Shown piece by piece: positions 19,642 to 28,641 of a stretch of DNA of 64,000 nt. The stretch covers positions 739 through 64,738 of the forward strand of contig DATEVL010000155.1 in assembly GCA_035281845.1 (NCBI GenBank), given 5' to 3'. This stretch comes from Anaerolineales bacterium (lineage in GTDB: Bacteria > Chloroflexota > Anaerolineae > Anaerolineales > E44-bin32). The position numbers and the translations under genes were made by a program. The stretch's first letter is position 1. Every line of letters starts with the position of its first letter. The notes beneath the pieces are model-generated. The model was given only the letters and a program-made list of their open reading frames with translations, had not been told where the DNA came from and did no database searches.

Positions 19642-21075
19642 ATGACCAGCAGGATGACGGCCACCGACATCTATCGGAATCTTGGGATCGCCCTGGGGGC
19701 CAGTCTTCTGATCCTGGTTTTGGCACCGAAGCCCGGTCTGACTCGCACGGGGATCCTCCTATCCAAAGCCGCTCAGGCGGCGGCCGCGGGAGAACCCGCC
19801 TCCGCGCTAGAGGCCGTAAGGCGGGCCCGCGAGTTTGAGCCCGCCCTGGCCGCCCTGGATACGACGGCTGCCTGGCTGGCTCTTCAGTCCGGGGACGCGG
19901 CGCAAGCGCGAGCCCTCTTGGGGGAGGCCCGCACCCGCGCCGCCGATCCCGACAGCCTGGCGTGCCTCGAATTCGACCTGGGGCTTGCTTCGGCGGATCC
20001 GGGACAAGCCAGCAACCCTCCCCCGAGCTGTCAGGCCGGTCTGATCGATCTGGAGGCATGGCTGGCTGCCAGCCTCGCCCGAGGAGACCTGGCGGCAGCG
20101 AAAGGTGCCCTCGAGACCAGCATCGATTCCCGACCGGGAGACCTGCGCGCCTGGGAAGCCCTGACCACTCTGACCGCGCTCACCGCTCCGGAGGCGGTCG
20201 AGGCGGTGGCTTTGCGCGCCCTAAGAGTGTTCCCTCAGGGGAGCCCAGTGCTCGACGGCTTGTTGAGTTTGGCGCGGCGGGAATCCAGTTCTGGCCTGAC
20301 GCCGGCAGTGAGCGCCGCTCGCGCCGGCGAGCTGTTAGCCGCACAGGGCGACTGGCCGCTCGCGGCGGCGGCCTGGCGTCGAGCCGTGGAGCTAGACCCG
20401 AACTTCCCTCAAGCGAGGGCCTTCCTCGGGCTCGCCACCAGCATGACGGGAGGACAAGGACTGGCGGAACTGCAGCGCGCTGCGGCCGAGGCCCCAAGGG
20501 ACCCGATCGTCCGCTCCCTGCTGGGTCAGTACTGGCTTGCCCAAGGCGACGCGGTCCACGCGGAACGCGAGCTGGCGTTCGCCCGAACCCTTGACGCGGA
20601 GAATCCGGCCATCGAGGCGGCCTACGGCTCGGCTCTCGAGATGGCCGGCAAATACCCGCAGGCCGCCGAAGCCTATCGGACCGCGGCCGAAACGAATCCC
20701 CAGGACCCTGCTTTCTGGAAGTTGCTCGCCGAATTCTCTTTGCGGCGCGAGTTCCAGGTCACGAAGCTTGGCCTGCCGGCTGCCCGCAACGCCGCTTCTC
20801 TCGCCCCCGACGATGCGGCGGCCGTCGCGGTGCTCGGATATGCCAACCACTTGTCCGGGGAGAGCCTGCTGGGGGAACGGTTACTGCAGCGCTCCCTGAG
20901 CCTCGATCCGGCTCGCGCGCTCACCTGGTACCGCTATGGCCTTCTGCTCCTTGACCGTGCGAGGTACACCGATGCTCGGGCGGCTCTGGCAACCGCGACG
21001 GACCTCGATCCGGCAGGTTCCGTCGGCCGGTTGGCCAAACTGTCCATGGAGAGTCTTCCCGGGGCGGACTCGTGA
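19642..21075 (+). CDS. TPR-repeat protein with N-terminal membrane anchor
   Basis: TM helix IALGASLLILVLAP, followed by repeated A/L-rich 34-residue TPR-like units (for example WRRAVELDPNFPQARAFLGLA, YRTAAETNPQDPAFWKLLAEF). Confidence 0.7.
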   Translation: MTSRMTATDIYRNLGIALGASLLILVLAPKPGLTRTGILLSKAAQAAAAGEPASALEAVRRAREFEPALAALDTTAAWLALQSGDAAQARALLGEARTRAADPDSLACLEFDLGLASADPGQASNPPPSCQAGLIDLEAWLAASLARGDLAAAKGALETSIDSRPGDLRAWEALTTLTALTAPEAVEAVALRALRVFPQGSPVLDGLLSLARRESSSGLTPAVSAARAGELLAAQGDWPLAAAAWRRAVELDPNFPQARAFLGLATSMTGGQGLAELQRAAAEAPRDPIVRSLLGQYWLAQGDAVHAERELAFARTLDAENPAIEAAYGSALEMAGKYPQAAEAYRTAAETNPQDPAFWKLLAEFSLRREFQVTKLGLPAARNAASLAPDDAAAVAVLGYANHLSGESLLGERLLQRSLSLDPARALTWYRYGLLLLDRARYTDARAALATATDLDPAGSVGRLAKLSMESLPGADS

Positions 21076-21118
21076 GATATCGCGCAGCATCCGAGCCGTG
21101 GCCAGGGACCGGCCAAGC

Positions 21119-21772
21119 ATGTTGACGATCTTGTCTTGTGCCCGCCGCTCGGACTTGTCGGTCGCAACCGCACTGGCAGCCGGGATGCTAGCCGGCTGCG
21201 CAGGAGGAGGGTTCCTCTCCGGCGAAGTCCTATACCAGGACGATTTCTCGCGCGCCTCTTCCGGCTGGGATCGATACGATGCGGCCGGCTCCAGCGCCGA
21301 CTACCTGGACGGCGCGTATCAAGTCCGCATCGAGGCACCCTCCAGCCTCGCCTGGGGGACGCCAAGTTTCAAATTAAGGGACGTTCGCCTGGAGGTCGAC
21401 TCGTTCGCGGCCGACGGTCCGCTCGACAACGCCTTCGGCCTAATTTGCCGCTACGAGGACCCGGACAACTTCCTCTTCTTCTTGATCTCGAGCGACGGCT
21501 ACTCGGGAATCGGCGCCATTCGCGACGGTGTGCGGACTCTCATGACGGGAGACGCCATGTTACCCAGCGAGGCCATCGTGCAAGGGCACTCCCCCAACCA
21601 TTTGCGAGCCGACTGCGTCGGCCCACAGCTCACCTTCTCTGTCAACGGCGTCGTGGTCAACCAGGCCTTGGCGGAGGACATGGCCTCGGGCGACGTCGGA
21701 CTCATCGTCGGAAGCTATGCCGAGCCCGGGGTGGAGATTCGCTTCGACAACTTCGCCATCATTCAGCCGTGA
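21119..21772 (+). CDS. hypothetical lipoprotein
   Basis: Trimmed to the ATG at 21119 (MLTILSCARRSDLSVATALAAGMLAGCAGG, lipobox LAGC). The rest is beta-rich and possibly lectin/glucanase-like. No motif recognised. Confidence 0.6.
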   Translation: MLTILSCARRSDLSVATALAAGMLAGCAGGGFLSGEVLYQDDFSRASSGWDRYDAAGSSADYLDGAYQVRIEAPSSLAWGTPSFKLRDVRLEVDSFAADGPLDNAFGLICRYEDPDNFLFFLISSDGYSGIGAIRDGVRTLMTGDAMLPSEAIVQGHSPNHLRADCVGPQLTFSVNGVVVNQALAEDMASGDVGLIVGSYAEPGVEIRFDNFAIIQP

Positions 21773-21843
21773 TCCGGGGCCCATCGGGTGGACGTCTGGT
21801 TCGATTCCGAAACCCTCCCAACGGTATAGAGACTTGAACGACC

Positions 21844-22082
21844 GTAGGGGCACGGCGGCGCCGTACCCCTACACATCCGTTCGAGCGAGGCCCACATCCC
21901 ACAGCATCCCGACAACAACCGGGCGCCCAATCCCCTCCGGGATGCGAAGCGCGATGGCCACTCCCTCTCGCCAGGCCTAGATACAACTCCCCGCCCTCTA
22001 CGCCCCTTCGCCCTCTACAGGGCGCCAAGGGCGGCGCACACCCAGGGTGCACCCGAAGGGGTGCCCGAAGGGGTGAGGGCGG
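21844..22082. repeat. intergenic repeat cluster (palindrome F + module B + module A)
   Basis: GTAGGGGCACGGCGGCGCCGTACCCCTAC (21844-21872). CCCCTCCGGGATGCGAAGCGCGATG (about 21932-21958). CCGCCCTCTACGCCCCTTCGCCCTCTACAGGGCGCCAAGGGCGGCGCACACCCAGGGTGCACCCGAAGGGGTG... (21991-22082). Each word recurs elsewhere in the window. Confidence 0.85.
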
Positions 22083-22150
22083 CAGGGCCAAAATAGTGAG
22101 TCGGCAAGGGTTTCTCCGGGCGCTTCGCAGCCCCCTTGTATAATGATCCT

Positions 22151-22600
22151 ATGGTGACAAAGACCGAGCTCGAAGCCGAGCTCCATAACGCGATGCGTTC
22201 CGGCGACGAGCCTCGGAAGCGGACGATGCGCATGCTGCTTTCCGCCATCAAGCTCGCCGAGGTCGAGAAGCGGGCGGGGCTGGACGACGCTGAAATGCAG
22301 ACCGTGTTCCAGAGAGAAGTCAGGGTCCGTCAGGAGGCGATCGCCGACGCCGAAAAGGCCCAGCGAACCGACCTGGTCCTGGCGGCGCAAGCCGAGCTTG
22401 CCATCCTTCAGACGTACTTGCCGGAACCGCTCCCCCCGGCGGAGCTGGAACGGCTGGCTCGGGAGGCGATCGCCTCAGCCGGCGCGACGGGTCCCCAGGA
22501 CATGGGTAAGGTCATGAAAGAGATCATGCCTCAGATCCAGGGCCGGGCCGACGGGAAGGAAGTCGGCGCCGTCGTGCGCGGCCTCTTGAGCGAGTCTTAG
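22151..22600 (+). CDS. yqeY: GatB/YqeY-domain protein
   Basis: MVTKTELEAELHNAMRSGDEPRKRTMRMLLSAIKLAEVEK is a typical YqeY N-terminus. Start set to the ATG at 22151. The TTG at 22136 lies inside a TATAAT box. Confidence 0.8.
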   Translation: MVTKTELEAELHNAMRSGDEPRKRTMRMLLSAIKLAEVEKRAGLDDAEMQTVFQREVRVRQEAIADAEKAQRTDLVLAAQAELAILQTYLPEPLPPAELERLAREAIASAGATGPQDMGKVMKEIMPQIQGRADGKEVGAVVRGLLSES

Positions 22601-22606
22601 GGCCGG

Positions 22607-24802
22607 ATGGAAGAGCCGTCTGGGGCCCAGAGTTCGCTATGGTCGCTTCTAGGCCGCCGCTTTCAGGAAGCGCGCCTATGGGCTGTGGCCGGATTGGGGG
22701 TGGTCGGGGTCGTGGTGGCGCTCGCGCTTCCGCTCTCCGCCCGCTCCGAGTCCCTCATCCTTCGGGCCGGCGATGTCTCAAGCCAGGACGTGCTGGCGCC
22801 TTATGCCCTCTCGTACACAAGCGAGGTCCTGACCGAAGCCGCCCGGCAGGCGGCGGCAGACGAAGTGCCGGCGGTCTACGACCCGCCGGACAGTCGGGTG
22901 GCACGCGAACAGCTCTCCCAGCTACGCACGCTGCTGGGGTACATCGATGCGATCCGCGGCGACGTCTTCGGCTCCGAAGAGCAGCGCCTGGCGGATTTGG
23001 CGTCCGTTCGCGACGTTCCTATCGACGCCGAGATGGCCGGCCGCTTGTTGTCCATGCCGGCTGCGCGTTGGGAGGTGGTCAAAGTCGAGGCGGCGACGGT
23101 CCTCGAGCAAGTGATGCGGAACGAAATCCGCGAGGACAGAGTCGAAGACGCACGCCGATCCTTGCCGGCGTTGGTGAGCGTGACGCTCCCTGAGGACCAG
23201 GCTCTCCTTGCCGCCCATTTCGCCTCAGCGTTCGTCGCCTCGAACGCGTTCTTCAACCAAACCGCCACCGACGATGCCCGACAACGCGCTGCCGATCAGG
23301 CCACCCCGGTGGTCAAATCCTACGCCGCAGGCGAGACGATCGTCGGCCGCGGCGAAGTCGTCGGCGCGGATCAGCTGGAGGCTCTGCGAGCCTTCGGCCT
23401 GCTGCGCCCACCGGACGCGTGGCGGCAGGCGGCGCTCAACACCCTGTTAGTGACGGTGCTGGCCATGACGCTGGCTTTGTATGTCTACCGAGTCCACCCC
23501 CAGCTGGCGGCCAGCCCGCGCCTGGCATTGCTGCTGGGGGTCTCGTTCATCGCGGCGGCGCTCACGATGCAGGTGATGATCCCGGGACGCACGGTCCTCC
23601 CGTACGTGTTCCCGGCCGGAACGCTACCCATGGTCGTGGCCGTGATCTTCGGGCCGGGCATGGGAGTGCTGGTGGCGTTCCTCACGGGCGCACTCGCCGG
23701 ATTCCTGGGAGCTAGAGGCCTCGAGCTCGGGCTTTTCATATCGCTCTGCGGGGCGGTCTCGGCGCTGGTGATCGGCAAGGCCGAGCGCCTGCTGACTTTC
23801 TTCTGGGCCGGCGTGGCCGGCAGCCTGGCGGCCATTGCGGTGATCGTCGTGTTTCGTTTCCCAGATGCCACCACTGACTCCGTTGGGAAGCTTTCGCTGC
23901 TCGCCGCCGGCGCCATCAACGGACTGCTCTCGGCCAGCCTGGCTTTCGGGCTGATCTTGCTCTCTGGCAGCCTGCTGGGGATTGTCACCAATCTGCAGCT
24001 GATCGAGCTGTCGCGGCCTGATCACCCCCTGCTGTTGTACCTCCTCCATAACGCCCCGGGGACCTATCAACACAGCCTGCAGGTGGCGAATCTGTCGGAG
24101 CACGCCGCCCGCGCCATCCGCGCCAACGCCCTGCTGACCCGCGTGGGAGCGTTCTATCACGATTGCGGAAAGGCCCTCCACCCTCACTACTACATCGAAA
24201 ACCAGACGCCGGACCTGAACGTTCACGAGCAACTCGATCCCAGCACAAGCGCCCATATCATCCTGGATCACGTGCGCGAGGGGATCGACCTGGCGCGCCG
24301 CTACCGGCTGCCCAAGCAGGTGCAGGCCTTCATCCCCGAGCATCATGGGACTCTGGAGTTGACGTATCAACTGCAAGCCGCGATCGAAGACGCCGGCGGG
24401 GATGAAAAGCTGATCAACCGCAAGGATTTCACCTACCCCGGCCCGCGCCCGCGGTCCAAGGAAACCGCTATCCTCATGATGGCCGACGGAGTGGAAGCCA
24501 AGGCACGTTCCGACAACCCGCGTGACGAAGAGGAGATCGACCAACTGGTGCGCTGGGTGATTCAAGACCGCCTCAACCGGGGGCAGTTCGATCGCACGGA
24601 CCTTACCCTCAAGGACCTCGACACCATTCGGCGGACTTTGGCGACGTCGCTCAAGGGAATGTACCACCCGCGCCTGCGCTACCCGGCTGCCTCGGCGGAG
24701 GAGCCGGCCGCTCCAGAGCCCGGGCTGTCGAAGAAATCGGCTACACCCGGCGGCCAACCGGTGAGTCAGGCGTCGAAGGCCGTCGGGCCATCGGCGAAGT
24801 GA
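22607..24802 (+). CDS. 7TM-receptor HD-domain phosphohydrolase (PgpH/YqfF-like)
   Basis: N-terminal TM helix, large extracytoplasmic domain, 7 predicted TM helices (residues about 270-460). HD domain HSLQVANLSEHAA...FYHDCGK...EHHGT. Conserved neighbourhood with ybeY and dgkA. Confidence 0.8.
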   Translation: MEEPSGAQSSLWSLLGRRFQEARLWAVAGLGVVGVVVALALPLSARSESLILRAGDVSSQDVLAPYALSYTSEVLTEAARQAAADEVPAVYDPPDSRVAREQLSQLRTLLGYIDAIRGDVFGSEEQRLADLASVRDVPIDAEMAGRLLSMPAARWEVVKVEAATVLEQVMRNEIREDRVEDARRSLPALVSVTLPEDQALLAAHFASAFVASNAFFNQTATDDARQRAADQATPVVKSYAAGETIVGRGEVVGADQLEALRAFGLLRPPDAWRQAALNTLLVTVLAMTLALYVYRVHPQLAASPRLALLLGVSFIAAALTMQVMIPGRTVLPYVFPAGTLPMVVAVIFGPGMGVLVAFLTGALAGFLGARGLELGLFISLCGAVSALVIGKAERLLTFFWAGVAGSLAAIAVIVVFRFPDATTDSVGKLSLLAAGAINGLLSASLAFGLILLSGSLLGIVTNLQLIELSRPDHPLLLYLLHNAPGTYQHSLQVANLSEHAARAIRANALLTRVGAFYHDCGKALHPHYYIENQTPDLNVHEQLDPSTSAHIILDHVREGIDLARRYRLPKQVQAFIPEHHGTLELTYQLQAAIEDAGGDEKLINRKDFTYPGPRPRSKETAILMMADGVEAKARSDNPRDEEEIDQLVRWVIQDRLNRGQFDRTDLTLKDLDTIRRTLATSLKGMYHPRLRYPAASAEEPAAPEPGLSKKSATPGGQPVSQASKAVGPSAK

Positions 24803-25260
24803 AGCACAGGATCCACCTCCGGCGTGAGGTCCCCACTGGCTCCGCCGGTCTCGGTCTGACTGCGGCTGCCAAGGCGGTCCTCGACCGGGCCCGAGCGCGC
24901 CCCAGCGAGCTGACCATCGTGCTGACCGACAGCCGAAGGATTCGCCGGCTCAACGCCCGCTTCGCCGGTCGGGACGCCGTGACCGACGTGTTGGCCTTTC
25001 CTTCCGCGGATGAAAGTTCCTCTTCGAGCGTGCGTTACCTGGGAGACGTCGTGATCGCCCTGCCGCGCGCCCGAGCCCAGGCCCGTCGAAGCCGGGTGCC
25101 CCTCTCTCATGAGCTCTGCCTGCTCACAGTCCATGGAACGTTGCACCTGATCGGGCACGACCATGCCCGCCTCGTCGATCGCCGGCGGATGTGGCGACTC
25201 CAGGCGTCGGTGCTGCGACGCCTCGGCCTCGACCCAGAGCGCCTGGGAGTCGCGACGTGA
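24799..25260 (+). CDS. ybeY: endoribonuclease YbeY (rRNA maturation factor)
   Basis: Zinc motif HGTLHLIGHDH. GTG start overlaps the upstream stop (GTGA). Confidence 0.9.
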   Translation: MKHRIHLRREVPTGSAGLGLTAAAKAVLDRARARPSELTIVLTDSRRIRRLNARFAGRDAVTDVLAFPSADESSSSSVRYLGDVVIALPRARAQARRSRVPLSHELCLLTVHGTLHLIGHDHARLVDRRRMWRLQASVLRRLGLDPERLGVAT

Positions 25261-25676
25261 GCGATCCCCTCCGGGATGCGAAGCGCGATGCAACGCGCGA
25301 TCCTCGTCGGACCTCTCGCTTGCGGTCGTTCGGCCATGCCTTCGCCGGGATGGCGCACGTCCTGCGTACGCAGCGCAACGCGTGGATTCATGCAGTCGCA
25401 ACCGTCACCGTGGTTGCGCTCGGACTTTGGCTGCGTGTCACCAGCAGCCAGTGGCCCCCGCTGCTGTTGGCTATTGGCCTCGTCTGGATGGCCGAATTCG
25501 TCAACACCGCGCTGGAAGCCGTCGTCGACATGGCCAGCCCCGGACGCAATCCGCTGGCGCGGGTGGGGAAGGACGTCGGGGCCGCCGCCGTGTTGGTGGC
25601 CGCCCTGGCGGCCGCCATCGTCGGTCTGGTCATCCTTCTTCCCCCTTTGGCAGCGCGCCTCGGCCTTGGCAGCTGA
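25257..25676 (+). CDS. dgkA: diacylglycerol/undecaprenol kinase family protein
   Basis: Conserved core RSFGHAFAGMAHVLRTQRNAWIH...EFVNTALEAVVD...AKDVGAAAVL with 3 TM helices. Start ambiguous: GTG 25257 (GTGA overlap with the ybeY stop) or TTG 25320. The listed start at 25191 would overlap ybeY by 70 nt. Confidence 0.8.
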   Translation: MSDPLRDAKRDATRDPRRTSRLRSFGHAFAGMAHVLRTQRNAWIHAVATVTVVALGLWLRVTSSQWPPLLLAIGLVWMAEFVNTALEAVVDMASPGRNPLARVGKDVGAAAVLVAALAAAIVGLVILLPPLAARLGLGS

Positions 25677-25728
25677 CCCACCGAGGGGAAGGATTCCATA
25701 ACGTCAGATTCTGGCCCTGGCCCCTCCT

Positions 25729-25836
25729 CCCTTCGGGCACCCCTTCGGGCACCCCTTCGGGTGCACCATGGGTGTGCACCCTGGGTGTGCACCCTTGGTG
25801 TGCACCCTGGGCGTGCTCGTAAGGGGGTAGAGGCGG
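25729..25836. repeat. short tandem repeats derived from module A (inverted orientation)
   Basis: 3 x 12 nt CCCTTCGGGCAC (25729-25764), then 4 x 13 nt C(C/A)(C/T)(T/G)GGGTGTGCA (25766-25817), then GGGGGTAGAGGCGG. The words are reverse complements of GCACACCCAGGGTGCACCCGAAGGGGTG seen at 22040-22070. Confidence 0.85.
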
Positions 25837-26042
25837 TGACATCCCTGCCCGCGCTGGTATTCCCACTTCCCCCCAAATGACGCATTAGGGCGGCCGCCCA
25901 TGTGTATCGCGCGAGCGGGCGCCTTCATGAACAGCGGCCGCAGCGGCCTCGAAGCACACCTATCAGGTACCTATCCGCCCTTTGCCGCGGCGGTCCACCT
26001 GTGCGATAATTCGCAAGTCGGCAACAAACGACAGTTGGCAAG

Positions 26043-28592
26043 ATGAGCCAGAATCGCGATCAGGGTCCGGTTCTGCGGGCAGCGACCGCAACCTTCGACG
26101 ACGAGAATCCCGGCCAGGCGCTGGAGGCGTTGCTCCGCCTGGCCTGCGAGCTCACCGGCTCGCCTCGGGCGGCCCTGTTCGAGCTGGACGAAGCCGAGGC
26201 CGGATTCAGCCCGCGCGTGGCGCATGGCACGCCGTTGGCCGAACTTGGCCGCCTGTCGACCACGACGGACCATCCGGTCCTTAAGGATGCCCTCGCCAAA
26301 CGCCGTGGCATCGCGACCGACGGCCGGCGGGGGTCGCTCGGCCTTCCCCTGGCACCCGGCACGGTCGCTTGTGCCCCCTGTATCACCGGCAGTCAGACGA
26401 TCGGATTGCTTTTCGTGGCCTCCGATGACGGGCCGGGTTACGGACCTGAGACTCTCCAGGCCCTCGAGGTGCTGGCGGCGCGGGCCGGGACGATGTTGGC
26501 CTTCGCCCGACAGAGCGCAGCGCAGAGCTACGTCTTCACCAAGCTGTCCTTGCTCTACCAGGCAACGCACGCCATCACCGGCACGCGCGATCGCGCAGAG
26601 GCTGTGCGGCAGACCGCGGCTCACGTGCTCAAAGCGACGACCGCCGATTGGTGCGAGGTCTATCTGCTGGACGAGGGCGAGGGCAAGACGACACGGTTCC
26701 GCCCCCAGCTCGGCAAAGCTCTGCAGCCTTCGCTGGTGGAGGTGGTCAGTGACCGGGGGCCGGATTACCCGGTCCACCGCCAAGTGCTGCTCGACCTGCG
26801 GTCGACGACGATCAGCTTGACCCCCCCTATCGGCTCGAACCGCGACCAGGAGCTGCTACAGGGCGAGGGCTTCCAGTTTGCCGCGGTGTTCCCCTTGGCG
26901 GCGCGCAACCAGGCCCTAGGCATCGTCCGGCTCCTCTACACCCAGCCGGGACGGCGCATCAACGAGCAACAGCTCGAGCTCTGCCAGGCGATCATCAATG
27001 TCGGCGCGGTCGGCGTGCAAGACGCCATCCATATGGAGACGGCCGACGCCCGCGCGACGCAGTTGCAGACGCTGGCCGAGATCGGTCGCGAAATGACCTC
27101 CACCCTCGATCTGGAGGTGGCGCTGGAAAACGCCATGCGTCACGCCCAGACCCTGCTTCAGGTCGAGGCTTGCGTGCTGTTCCTGCTGGACGAGGCAGGC
27201 GAGGAGCTGGTGCTGAAAGCCAGTGGCGGGGCGCAGCTGCGCATCCGCGGCGTCGCCATCCGTTTGGAAGAAGGAATCGCCGGCTGGGTGGCCCGCAGCC
27301 GGCAACCGTTGATCGTCAACGACGTCCGTTCGAACCCGCTCTACCATAGCGCGATTGACGGCCAGACGGGACTGCTGACCACTTCCGTCCTGTGCGTGCC
27401 GCTCGAGACGCGCGGTGAGGTGTTGGGCGTGATCGAGGCGATCAACCACCCGCACGGGGCCTTCACCGAGCCCGACCAGCAGGTGCTGATGTCGGTCGCC
27501 TCCTGGGCCGGGATCGCCGTCGACAACAGCAATCTCTTCCGCCGGGTGGCCGAAGAGCGCAGCCGGCTCGAGACGACTCTGGTCGAGACGGCCGACGCCG
27601 TCGTCCTGACCGACCGCACCGGGAAGACCATCCTCGTCAACAAGGCTGCCGGCCAGGCGTTCCGGATCAACCCTGAGCTGGCCACCGGCCGGCCGGCGAA
27701 GGAGATCTTTCACGGCCATCCGCTGGGCGACTTGTTGACCAGGGACGATCTCAGCCTGCCGACCACGATGGAGATCACGACCCCGACCGAGCGGACCCTG
27801 TACGCGACGATCAGCGACGTCACCGGGATCGGACGGGTGGCGGTGATGCAAGACATCACGGCCCTCAAACAGATCGACCGCATGCGTTCCCAATTGTTGG
27901 GCACGGCCGCCCACGATCTGAAGAACCCGCTCAACGCCATCCGCCTGGGAGCCGACCTGCTGCACGACGCCCAGCTCACCGAGCCGCAGCGCAAGGCGCT
28001 GACGATGATGACGCGGGCGACCGACAGCATGACCAATCTGATCACCGGGCTGCTCGAAACGATCCGCGTCGAGTCGACGGCCAACATCAGTCTCGAGCCG
28101 GTGCAGATCAACGACCTGATCCGCCATTCGATCGAAGATCTGCGCATCCTGGCCGAGAAACGGCGGCAGGCGATCGACTACACCCCGCCGGACGAGTCGC
28201 TGCTGATCATGGGGGATCCCGGCCGGCTGAACTCGGTGATGAGCAACCTGCTCAGCAACGCCATCAAGTTCACCCCCAACGGAGGGCACATCCGAGTGCT
28301 TGCCCGCTGGGATGAAGACGAGGTGGTCGTCAGTGTCAGCGACGATGGCCCCGGCATCTCGACCGACGAGATCCCGCGCGTCTTCGAGCACTTGTTCCGC
28401 GGCCGGGTGGCCGTGCAGGATCCAAACAATCCGGTGGAGGGGACCGGGCTCGGGCTGGCCCTGGCCAAGACGGTCATCGAACAGCACGGCGGACGCATCT
28501 GGGTGACCAGCGTCGAAGGCGAGGGCAGTACCTTCTACTTCTCCTTGCCGCGGGAACCGACCCCCAAAACCGGATCGCTGCGCAAGGACTAG
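26043..28592 (+). CDS. sensor histidine kinase with multiple GAF domains and a PAS domain
   Basis: About 550 aa of GAF-like repeats, then a PAS-like segment. HisKA H-box LGTAAHDLKNPLN. HATPase motifs NLLSNAIKFT, DDGPGI, GTGLGLALAK. No adjacent response regulator. Confidence 0.85.
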   Translation: MSQNRDQGPVLRAATATFDDENPGQALEALLRLACELTGSPRAALFELDEAEAGFSPRVAHGTPLAELGRLSTTTDHPVLKDALAKRRGIATDGRRGSLGLPLAPGTVACAPCITGSQTIGLLFVASDDGPGYGPETLQALEVLAARAGTMLAFARQSAAQSYVFTKLSLLYQATHAITGTRDRAEAVRQTAAHVLKATTADWCEVYLLDEGEGKTTRFRPQLGKALQPSLVEVVSDRGPDYPVHRQVLLDLRSTTISLTPPIGSNRDQELLQGEGFQFAAVFPLAARNQALGIVRLLYTQPGRRINEQQLELCQAIINVGAVGVQDAIHMETADARATQLQTLAEIGREMTSTLDLEVALENAMRHAQTLLQVEACVLFLLDEAGEELVLKASGGAQLRIRGVAIRLEEGIAGWVARSRQPLIVNDVRSNPLYHSAIDGQTGLLTTSVLCVPLETRGEVLGVIEAINHPHGAFTEPDQQVLMSVASWAGIAVDNSNLFRRVAEERSRLETTLVETADAVVLTDRTGKTILVNKAAGQAFRINPELATGRPAKEIFHGHPLGDLLTRDDLSLPTTMEITTPTERTLYATISDVTGIGRVAVMQDITALKQIDRMRSQLLGTAAHDLKNPLNAIRLGADLLHDAQLTEPQRKALTMMTRATDSMTNLITGLLETIRVESTANISLEPVQINDLIRHSIEDLRILAEKRRQAIDYTPPDESLLIMGDPGRLNSVMSNLLSNAIKFTPNGGHIRVLARWDEDEVVVSVSDDGPGISTDEIPRVFEHLFRGRVAVQDPNNPVEGTGLGLALAKTVIEQHGGRIWVTSVEGEGSTFYFSLPREPTPKTGSLRKD

Positions 28593-28641
28593 TCGGCGCT
28601 CCCGCTCCCCGCAACGTCGCGGCGCCGGACCTCAGAGACAT

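Noticed and set aside
25729-25836. Possible CRISPR array (also considered for 44626-44833 and 60637-60833)
   Set aside because: The repeats are 12-13 nt or about 105 nt, directly abutting or irregularly spaced. There are no unique spacers of uniform length and no cas genes in the window. The words belong to dispersed families found at many loci.
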